DNA from: Hyphochytrium catenoides
Lineage: Eukaryota > Protista > Hyphochytriomycota
Direction: 5' to 3'
Assembly: GCA_900088475.1 (NCBI GenBank)
Contig: FLMG01002472.1
Span: 1 to 64,000 of the forward strand
DNA length: 64,000 nucleotides
Made by a program: the position numbers and the translations under genes. Under the pieces are notes generated by a model, which saw only the letters and a list, made by a program, of their open reading frames with translations, searched no databases and was not told where the DNA came from. This document shows positions 9,847 through 20,620 of this stretch, piece by piece; position 1 is the first letter of the stretch; each line of letters starts with the position of its first letter.

Positions 9847-10169
9847 TGTTGGAGTCTGAGGGCACAGTATGTGGACTACAAGCTGGCTAGCTTAACTACC
9901 CAAGTTTCAGCTCTAAACTCCCAGTAGAAGCCGAGATATGAAGCAAACGAAATGTCCCTGTTTATGTGTATGGCTTATGGTCAGTACCCCGGAATACCTT
10001 CAGGACTGACTATTCTAGACAGGGATATCTCTATAGCTCCATATCTTAGGGTTTATTCGGAATAGTTGGCATAGTCAGAATAGCTCTAGATTATGGGACC
10101 CCAGTTGGGCTTATAAGTCGAGCACTCTCATCTAATGACATTGTCCAATCATCCCATACACATCCAACA
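9847..10169 (+). mobile_element. 3' LTR, family A (323 bp)
   Basis: TGTTGG...CCAACA with a PPT upstream. The right flank is mid-RT coding sequence (FAPVV), so it inserted into another element. Confidence 0.95.
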
Positions 10170-11282
10170 TTTGCGCCAGTAGTCAGCTATGAGTCTGTCC
10201 GATGTATACCTCTCTCTAGCTGCGATGTACGACTTTGAGATTCATCATCTGGATATTCGATCTGCCTTTCTCCATGGAGATCTTGAGGAGACCATATACA
10301 TGTGCCAACCACCGGGATTCGCTCAACCAGGACAGGAACATCTGGTTTGTAAGCTAAAGCGCAGCATTTATGGGCTCAAACAAAGTCCTCGCCAATGGAA
10401 CAAAGTATTAGACAGTTATCTTCGCGACAACGGATTTGAACCCAGCTTGTGTGAACCTTGCGTCTACATCAACAGGTCCGGGGAGGATGGCAAGCCGACC
10501 ATCGTGTCGACTTTCGTAGACGACCTGCTGATCTTCGCGCCAAGCAACACTCGTGCGGATCAAGTTAAAAGACTTCCAAAGGACAGATTTGATGGAAGGA
10601 CTTAGGAGAACTCCATTACTTCCTAGGAGTAGAAGCTATTAGGGATCGAAAAAATCGAAAGATTTACCTTCGCCAACGAAGATTTGTTCAAGACCTTCTG
10701 AAGCGTTATGGCATGGAAGATTGTAACCCAATCAGCGCGCCTGTTACTCCCGGTGAAAAGCTACCCAATGCAGGCTCTCTCTCTACGCTGACTTCTGAAG
10801 AGGAGGAATATTTACTCAAGATGCCGTACAGGAATGCTGTTGGCAGTCTTATGCATCTGATGGTAGCCTCCAGGCCAGATATAGCCTTCGCGGTACAATC
10901 GGTTAGCCAGCATATGACTAACTATAGATAGACTCACTGGGCCGCTGTGAAGCGGATAGTGAGATGTCTGAAAGGGACTGCAGACCACTTCTTATGTCTA
11001 GGGGGAGAAGCTACCTCAGACATCAATCAGAGTCCAAGACTACAGTACAACTCTTTGCAGATGCAGACTGGGCAAATGACCCTATGAGCAGGAAACCCAT
11101 TTCAGGCTACTTTCTTCCACTGGGGACTGGCGCTTTTAGTTGGAAGGCTAAGAAGCAAGACATAGTGGCTTCTTCAACTACTGAAGCTGAGTGCATCTCA
11201 CTTTGGACTGGAGCCAAACATGCAGAACACATCTCTTATTTCTTACAGGAGCTTCAGTTTCCACTGAGTAGACCCATCCTCG
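10170..11282 (+). pseudogene. pol: Ty1/Copia reverse transcriptase-RNase H, frameshifted
   Basis: FAPVV, HLDIRSAFLHGDLEETIYMCQPPGF, CKLKRSIYGLKQSPRQW, FVDDLL, YRNAVGSLMHL, RPDIAFAV, FADADWA, SWKAKKQDIVASSTTEAE; several frameshifts and stops. Confidence 0.97.
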
Positions 11283-11590
11283 TGTTGAGAGCAGAAGCTG
11301 ACAAGAGCTCTAAAAGGCTCACAGTTTCAGACTCTATCTGACAAGAGGAAGAAGGCACCAAACAAAGTGTTTCAGAGTTATGATAACTAGGTTATTATCA
11401 TCAGGTAAGTCATCATATGACGTCAAGAAGTAGTAACTGGGTCCAGCAGTTTATACGGGACACAGTTACTCTCCAGAACAACTAGACAACGTGATAACTA
11501 GGAAACAGGGTCCCATAAAGCACACTCTGAGCATATCAGTAGACCACATAACCTATATAAGAGTGTCTTCAAATCCCATACATTATAACA
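11283..11590 (+). mobile_element. Solo LTR, family B (308 bp), no TSD
   Basis: TGTTGAGAG...ATTATAACA, homologous to 5728-5780 plus 7105-7292. Flanks CCTCG and CCAAA differ. Confidence 0.9.
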
Positions 11591-12545
11591 CCAAAGTCAC
11601 TCAACTCAAGCAATTGCTCGCGAATCGCTTCGATGTCACGGACATGGGAGAACTAACATGTTTCCTTGGGGTTTAAGTTCTTAGAGACCGACCGACCAAA
11701 TCGCAGGATATACCTTGGACAAACGAGATATATCCAAAATATACTGAAGAAATAATGTCGTATTATGGAGAAATTCAACCCAACCAGCACCCCAGCTGTG
11801 GCAGGGGAGCATCCTCTCATGGCGTGCGTGCTACCAGCGTTGATCCGGCCGAAGAGCAAGTGTTATTACAAATCCCGTACCGCAATGCTGTTGGAGGACT
11901 GCACTGACACCTCATGGTTGCGACTCGACCACCAGACATAGCCTACGCAGTACAGTCAGTAAGTCAACATATGGCCAACTTCCGGAATGTCCACTGGAAG
12001 GCGGTCAAGAGAATCTTTCTTCGATACTTGAAGAAGGGTACTAGCAGGTACGCACTATGTCTGGCGGAAGGAGACGGTGACAACCTCAAGCTCTTTGCCG
12101 ATGCTGACTGGACTAGTAACACATTCAGTCGTAAGTGAGTCAGAGGATACTTTATGACTCTTGGCACCGGTGCTTTCGCTTCTTAGAAATGCAAAAAGCA
12201 AGACATTGTATCATCTTCAACAACAGAAGCTGAGTGCATCTCTCTCTGGACAGGGTCCAAACATGCAGAACATGTAACCTTTTTCTTGAATAAAATCATT
12301 TACCCGCAAGCAGGAGCTGTAGAAGCATTCCAAGATAACAAAAGTACCATCACTATATGCCAACAAATGCCAAGACCAAAGTCCAAATACGTCGATGTCA
12401 AACGTTGTTTGTGTTATCCGCGACAAGTCAACTGCAATGTCCTAAGGATTACCTACTGTCGGTCCAAGGACATGACCGCAGATATCTCACCAAGGCACTA
12501 CCGGTTCCACTGGTCCAAGCCTTACTCCCTCAGCTAGGATTAGTA
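11591..12545 (+). pseudogene. pol: Second, more decayed Copia RT C-terminus and RNase H
   Basis: RFDVTDMGELTCFLG, YRNAVG, ATRPPDIAYAVQSVSQHM, FADADW, STTEAECISLW, FQDNKSTI, KSKYVDVK, DMTAD; many indels. Confidence 0.93.
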
Positions 12546-12634
12546 CCACCATACCCACCAATATGATCATCCTCTCTCTCAGAATCGAATCCTTCAACCT
12601 CTCTTACCTACAGACATATGGAACTGCGGGGAGG

Positions 12635-12929
12635 TGTTGAAGTATGGATTATCTGAGTCTTACTTATAGGACTAAGCTGTACCAGAAAAAGTGTCCAAGT
12701 TATAGTCCCAAACTCCAAGTAAAAGCAGAGATATGAAGGAAGAAGTAGACTCTAGTGTTAACTATGGTTTATTACTAGGAGAGACAGGTACTCTCTAATA
12801 GGAATACATCTCAGTAGTATCAGGATCCTAAATCCAACAAGGTCCCTCAATCTAGAGATTACCCTTTCTGGCTTATAAGCCGAGGAGGAACAACTAATAT
12901 AATTATCCCCGAATCCCATACATTCAACA
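12635..12929 (+). mobile_element. 3' LTR, family D (295 bp), with PPT at 12626-12634
   Basis: GCGGGGAGG|TGTTGAAG...ATCCCATACATTCAACA. It shares AGATATGAAG, GGCTTATAAG and TCCCATACA motifs with LTR A. Confidence 0.88.
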
Positions 12930-13545
12930 CCAGTTGGTGCTCCTAGAAATGCAAATCCGTTCCGCAACCCAAAGGACTAAAAGGTTACAAGGGACCGCGG
13001 GCGGTGGACGCTTTGTAAGATGGAGACAGCAATAGAGAGGTTAACCACCATCCGGTCCTCCCCTCCCCCACTTACCCCAACTTTGAGCACGATGGACCGC
13101 TTCGATTATGGCGAATTGTTCCACTCCAAGGCGTTTTGCATCTTCGGAATCAGGTCTCATTCTTCCCTTTCCGGCGGACCACCATGCCAATCCATTCATC
13201 AGGAGAGCGTTTTCGAGACGCAAAATCATCCTTGTCCCACTTCCGCCACTGTATAACGGGCTGGGTTTCGGCCGGCGCTGAGGATAGATCGACGACAACA
13301 CTTTGCTTCTGGGGGTCTAATGGCGAACCAGCCTGAACATCTGCACCGACGGAAACAAGGATCGGGGCAACATGCTATTGCTGATTATTCTTCAGCAGCT
13401 GCTGAGGACAACATCGCCTAATATCCCTTTTCAGATGGGATTTAAACTAGACTTTGAAGGTGCTGCTCGTTAGGGTTACCCTGGGGTTCCTTCTTCCGTA
13501 TTCTATGCTTCGACGGGAATCCTTCTCTCACTTCTCTGTTTCTGC

Positions 13546-13569
13546 TTAGGGTTAGGGTTAGGGTTAGGG
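13546..13569 (+). repeat. Interstitial telomere-like repeat (TTAGGG)4
   Basis: Direct reading of the sequence. Confidence 0.9.
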
Positions 13570-15773
13570 TGTCGCCTCTCCCTTACACTTTATTCTCCAT
13601 CCCTTTCTAACAAGAAGCCAGAGAGCAAGACAAAGCGAAAAAAATTACCAACACCTTCTCCTTGTAGGAAGGGATATACCCTACGGAAAGGATGATGAGG
13701 CAAAGAGGATGATGAGGCTTGGATAAGCAACAACAGCAGGAAATCGGAATTCTTAGGGAGCTGCCATGGTGTAGGATGGCCAGTTTGAGAATCCTTTGTT
13801 CTTAGATGGGACGCCACTGATAGCTGCAGACCACTAAGGACTGCTCAAGCAACGCCATCATGGCAAGGCTGAAAATTACCCATATCTCAAGAATCAGAAT
13901 TCAGGACAGCTCAAGTTGAACCCTCCAAACGACAAGCGAGGAAGGTCCACAAATCCTGATTCTCCCGGTTCAATTAGCGGGACATATTTGCCATTTCGAA
14001 GGCTCTCTTACGACCAAAAAAGGAGAAGGAAGCTAATTCAATAGGAAAAAGTGCTCCCGGAATCCTACACCAGGCCCTTTTATCCTCTTCAAATGTAAGT
14101 ACATTGACTTGGTCATCTTATCCTGCTATGACCTATGTTACATATACTTATAAGTGCTTTCAAGCAGCAGCAAAAAAAGTGCCGGATGACCCACCATTGT
14201 CTGAGACAGCTGCAACCGCTGTTCCTTCCATCAGAGATTCTTCACGTCGATCAAAGGTAAGTGTCAGTACCTTTACTAACCTAGCGAGGTGCGTCCTTGT
14301 ACGTCTTATCACTCTAAGTGACAACTGATTCCATACTGCAGCAGCCGCACCAGAAGAAGAAAGCGAAGGTAGTAGCTGAGGTCTGTGAGGGAGTACTCTG
14401 AGAATGGCACGACTGGGTGATCTCCTGATGTGATTCCGGCCAGTGTTTCTCACGACGACTTAGGAGGAAAAAGATAGTGTCCACTAGGCTAGACACACCC
14501 AAATCTGCTACGGTGGTTGGCCCAGTAAAGCTTCTTGAGTTTCCCACTCTCCTTTTGGCTCAGTTCTCTTCATCACCTTCTCTCTCGTCCTGCTCCACCA
14601 TCAACAAACTGGTCCCTTCCTCTTCTTGTACTCGCTCTACCTGCCCACTGTCGGTGCTAAAGGCTCGACTCATTGACGGGCAAGTACCTCTTCGCAGATA
14701 CCACGCCACACTATCGGAGCTTCAGCGTCAGCTCCATCTTTCAACTGCTGATAAATATACTCAGAAGTGCCTATTAAAGGACTAAATATTCAGCTAAATA
14801 GAACTCAANNNNNNNNNNNNNNNNNNNNNNNNNNNNNNNNNNNNNNNNNNNNNCAGTCCGTTTACAGTGGTCCCTGCTACTTGATTTATCAAGAGTGTAC
14901 AGATGGACCGGTAAAGACAGTAGATTAATTCACAACCACACAGTTTTGATTGATGGACCCGCTTACAAGCAAGAAGGTAGTCTATCGGGAAAATCCAGGG
15001 TGAGCAAGGGTGTTTGTCTGTCAGGTTCAGTCCAATGGACGGACGTGTCTCTATTGAATGTCGCTCAGCTCTGGACTACTTTCGTCCTGCAATAATTGTT
15101 GTCAACAGACCACCTCTTATCATCGGGCATCGGGTCAGTTTTACTTGGCAACGGCCGGATCATAGAACGAAGGATCGGTGAGGATGGGCAGGTAGGGAGT
15201 GAGTAATAGCTTTTATTATTAGGTGCTGTCTTTCCTAAAGACAGGCTTGCCAACAGCGTCGTGTTGGCGCTCGAAACGAAGCTACCAGCGGTGTTAGCCC
15301 ACGGAGCGCGATGGACATCATATCAACACCTGTAAATGAGGATGTAATCAAGCCAGGAGGAGCTCGGTCCATCGACCGTTCGCGTCAACTACTTGATCCC
15401 TTAGAGCAGGCCACACTAAGTAGGAGCGGTAGGAGGAGCAGCAGGTGGCGCGGGAAGAGGAGGAAGAACAGTAGCAGATGATGGGGAATGGGAAGTGGGG
15501 CGATTATGTATCTGAGCCAACGCCAGACGAGTGCTGACGGCTGATCACCTTCCTGCCAGTTCTATTCAGCTTCAAGGACCTAATCTCCAGCGCCAGCGAA
15601 GGATGACGACAAATGTCAGGAGCAATGGTCTCTTGGGTCTTAAGAGTCGCTCTTGGAGGGCCTTAATTAACCCAAACCCTCTCAGGTAGTGGTTTTCTTC
15701 CAGCGAGCCTTTTAACTTCCGGGAACTTTAGTAAGGTATCCCTTTGGGCTGTAACCTTCCCGTCCTTCCACGT

Positions 15774-18700
15774 CTAAAGGGACGAGGAAACGTTTTCAGC
15801 AGTCTGTTGCCCCTGCGTGGAGGATTCATTCTCCACCCCGCTTGCAATTAGACCGGCATATAGCGCCTTGATATCGTCCGCATATTTGGTCAGAATGGTC
15901 TGCCTCCTCACTTTTAAGGTGGGAGTTAGGAGGTTCTCAGTTTCAAATGGTTGATCAAGGACGTGAACGGCTCTTGGGACTTCCCATGACTTCAGGCCCC
16001 ACTGATGGCAGACTCGAGTAATCACAGCCAACAGTGTGGAAGAAAGTACTCCTTTTGCTGCCAAGACGGGACCATCTCGACCCAAGACCTATTAGAGAGA
16101 CAACGTTAGTGGCTAATTGCCGCTAAAGGTTAGGTCATCACAAAAGCTCGACCTGTCGATTAGGCACTACGAGTGCCACCACGCAGCTTCTTGAAGTATC
16201 GCCATGTACGAGGATTTGATAGATATCGCGTGCTTTGAGGCAGACTTGTTCAACTCTTTGTGGGCTAACATACACTCCCTGATGGCGACTAGGCGTGAAT
16301 ACTTTGGGACACACTTACGAGAAAACATTTGACACATACCTGTGAGAGCCTTATAATATCCCTCTTTCTGTCAATAATACCAAGCGTGCCATCGGGATAG
16401 AAGCAGCCAATATCACCCTGTAGCTAGAGTTAACTTTTTGACGCAGCACAGTACACCAGTAGTTATTATGACACAATCTCACCGTGTGAAGCCACCCTTC
16501 AGCGTCCAGAGCCTCGGCTGTCGCCTCCTCCAGACGATAATAACCGCGGAAGAGGTTTGGACCCCTCAAACACACCTCTCCTCTATAGCAGAGTTAGCGT
16601 ATTAATAAGTAGGGCTCCTCTGACCTCTGTCCTCCTGTCGCACACAGACTTACCGAGGAAAAGGCTTATCTTTGGAGGTAAAATTGAATTCTGGGAGGTC
16701 AATGAGCTTCATCTCACAACAGGCAATCGGAGCCCCCACACAAGTGTTGGAGAGGGACATTTCTGGAGTGGCGATCGTGGCTACGGCGGCCGTTTCGGTG
16801 AGCCCATAGCCCTCTATCAACTTGTCAGACAAAGCACTTTAGCAATCGTCAGGGAGAGATACATCATGGACGCTAGTTTACCGGACAGCAGAAGCATATT
16901 TGCATAAAGTACTTCACTTCAGCATCGAGAGGGGCAGCGCCTGAGAAAAGTCGTCGCACTCGCCCGCCTATCAGCCGTGAGAGAACGGTTAGCATCACCT
17001 TCGCGCTTGGACTTCTCAGTGACAGACGTGACTACCTACCCATCAAGTCGCGGCTCTTCTCAAAGACGACCTTGTCCCAAAAAGGGTGAGTGAATTTCCC
17101 ATTTCGAACGAGCTCCTGAGAAAATTATAGAGGGATGATGATGTCAAGGCAGATAGTTGACAGTATCATACGGCAGTCTCACCAATTTGGCGGCGTAAGC
17201 GTAGTCGAACAGCAATCTCGCTGCAAGATTGGAGGCCATGATGGGAGTCAACAGAGCGTCATAGAGCTGCCGGTAAACTTTGGGAACGGACACGAAGATC
17301 GTGGGCTTCAGTTCCTTTAAATCTTGCAGCAGCTTTGAAGAATCTCCCTATAAAACCATATCAGAGAGACCCACTTCTTTGAATCTTGTTTACTTTGTCA
17401 TCGCCAAGATAGGCCAACCTGACAAAAGCCAATCCCAGCCCCAACGTGCAGCATACAAGCCTGGATGAGCCTTTCCAGCACATGCGCCAGCGGTAGGTAT
17501 GAGAGATGGACGTCATCACAGGTGATTGGGACGGCCTCAAGAATTCCAGCCATGCTTGCAACTAGACTCCTATGTCTGTTGGCGGGGGGCCATGAACGGA
17601 GACCTTCATCAACTGATAGCAAAAAGAGCTTAAGGAGCAGCCTAGAGATTTACATGAGCTTCACTCCTTTAGGCGTGCCCGTCGTGCCGCTTGTGTAGCA
17701 GAGGACCGCTAAATCGTCTGGTTGCGGCGGGCTGGAGTCTATGGGGTGTCGCTCGCCTTTCTCCTGCAGCTCCAAAAAGGAGACGACTTGAATCTTGGAG
17801 TGATTCGCCCAACTGTGTTGCTGTTTTGCAAAATGCAGGGTCGAGGAGGGGACATGGCAATTCCGACACCAAGGCCGTATGAAGGGGACAATGTTCAGCG
17901 AGGGACTAGGGTCGCAGATGGATTAACCTAATATATCCTTCCTAGCGGTAACCACTGACCTGGGCATTCGGCGTTGGACCATCCAAAAGAACTATAAGGC
18001 GTAAAGAGGGACAGCGGTCTAAACAGCTCAGTAGTTTCGGGCTATCTTCTATTGAAAGGAAGAGAGTACGAAGTCTCGCATCATTGATGATAAATGCAAG
18101 CGCCTCAGAGCCTGCGCACCAGTGACGGTCATATTAAACGCGGGAGGAAGCCAGAGTAGATAACATGGCCGTGCAATGCTCACCAAGGTTGCCATAAACT
18201 GGCACCATCACGAAGGTCTGTCGGTTGCAGGCCTGGTCAAGAATAACCCACTCTGCTCGGTTATGGGTAGCCAAAATGCCTACGAAATCTCCCTAACGGA
18301 GTTCTGTAAGGCTGTTTGCAACCTTGATGTGGAAGCCTACTTACTGTCATGACGCCCAGGTGTACAAGGCCTGTGAAAGAAAGCATGTAGGACAGTGGGA
18401 TGTAAGAACGGACGAAAAAGGAACTTTGAAAGACACGGGAAAACAGGAAAAATGCATCAGCCAGTGCACGTGGTGGAGCTTCAATGGGTTATCGTGAAGG
18501 CAAGAATAAGAGACTAGCAGAGCCGACTAGTGGAGCCGACAACCGCCTGCCATGGAAGACGAGGGAAGGGGAGACAGCTGACGGTGACCCAGAACTGCCC
18601 AAAACCATGGACGATGAGTTGGAACGCCTGAGAGCTGAAGATGCAGTTCCCGCATGTCTGAAAAAGGGGCGTACCCGATGCGATGCTGTCAGCGGCTCCC

Positions 18701-18812
18701 AAGACTTCTCCGTAGCTAGACCATTCATAATGCTTGTAGGTGCCCTCCTTGGATTTCCGCCGTCGTCCGAGGCACTTCCGGTTACGGTTATTCGCTGCGC
18801 CATACCTGTCAT
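15774..18812 (-). CDS. LACS: Long-chain acyl-CoA synthetase (AMP-binding), multi-exon; 5' end uncertain
   Basis: Spliced motifs: [116 protein letters not shown] introns; stop TAG at 15774-15776. Confidence 0.93.
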
Positions 18813-20620
18813 CACAAATAGCGCGAAGTCATCGACGAATATGAAGGATAAGCCTTTAGATCTTTGTTCTTATTATGACCTAAAGCTCTCATAAAGAGTG
18901 GTGCATCCATGATAGGACGATAGCAGTTCATGGGGCGATTTAGCGTTACGATAGTGAGGCGTTTCTCCGTCAACCGTCGATGCGAATCCAGAGACCTGAT
19001 TGGGGGCGTTGAGGGCAGATGTGAGCTAGATGCGGTTTTGGCTTATAAAAGCCTGTCTATACATATACCTGCACAGCCAATTGCTCATTGGTCTTGAGAT
19101 GCTGTTGAGAGCCCATGATAACCCGGTTATGCCCGACTCCTGCTTGCCTACAGTTGTACGAGATCTCCCCTCTAACCTCAGATCTGCGTAGGCAAGTGTG
19201 CTTCCCACCCAGTCTATTTTAATGGGATCAACGGCGAGGATTGAGTTCCATTCTGCCGTGTTCTGCGCTCTATTGCATGACAAGGCAGAAGGAAGAAAGA
19301 GCGGCCCCCAAGCAGCAGGAATCAGCCCTCAAGCATCTCTTTCTTTCAGTGGGAAAGGCCGGCGCCGAAAGGTTTGTTGATGCATCAGATCGTTTGGGGT
19401 CAAGTTGCCCTAAAGACCAACAGGGAATATTACTCGTAGGAACTACCGCTCGGCATTGTAGTAGTCGTATATGTAGTTCAGAGTACAGCTGAGACTAATA
19501 ATGGGCGTTACACCCAGGCCTTGACCAGGCTCATGTTCTCGGTCCTCCGTTCTCAACAACTATCACAGAGACAGCGCGCGACACACCACTGTCTTGCCTT
19601 CACTTGAGGAGCAGCAGAGGACTTGGCTCAATCCTGCCCAAACCAAGGACAAAGAAGAGCGGGAAAGACTGCACGCTACAGTGCTCAGACGAGCTAGGAG
19701 CAGCCAGCTGGAAATGGACACGGTCAGCTGGCCATTAGGTTCTCACCCTAGCTACATGAACCAACCTACCTCTACATCCCCACTCACATCATATAACGAC
19801 GAGCGTTAATAATTACAGCTTCTGAGTACCATCAGAAATCTGTTATCCAAAGGTCGCCGCTTATGAAACCATCAAACCCCTCGAGATGGCCCAGAGATCG
19901 TCAGGTGTGTACCGCTAATAGCAAGATCAAGACTCCTCCCACATATCCTCCTTCGACCTACTATTCAGGGAGCCCCCGAAGCCGTCAAATGGCTGGCCAG
20001 GAATTGAAGCTCGCTCATGCTGAGGTGACTTCTGCTGCCCTCGAAAGCCTCCCAGTTTCCTCCTTTTAATTGTCCCGGCGTCCGCTCCCAGGTCAATGGC
20101 TACCCCTCAAGACAGGCGACTGCACCCGCCATCCCAGTTAGCGATCAAGCTTTTGGTTTCGAGGAGGTTCAAGTTCCAGGGAATACGAGGAAGCTTATCC
20201 CCATTACGGCATTACAATCAGGATCAGCCGAGGAAAGGCGTGGACCAGGCCTCTACTCGCCATCAGTGAGAGCCATCCCAAACCGCCGCAAGAGCGCTGC
20301 CTCTCCTTTGCTTTGACCGTGCTATACTGCTTTCTTCCACTCATCCGGCTCTTCTCGGTGTCTGGCTGTCTCCAATTTCGTTTGTGATCTTTGGACATCC
20401 TATATCTGGCTCTCTTTCACTCCACCGCCCTAAGAAAGTTTCGCTTTCAGCCCTTTTATTCTGTTCTTCTCAGCGATATCGACCATCGTTCTTCGTATGT
20501 CTGGAGTTTCAAGCCCGTCTAATCCTCACCTCCCAACTCCCCTTCTCCAGTTCGTTTGAATATCTCTTATCTTTGCTTACGTATGGCGATGCACACATCT
20601 CACTTCCACCCCGGCTTATC

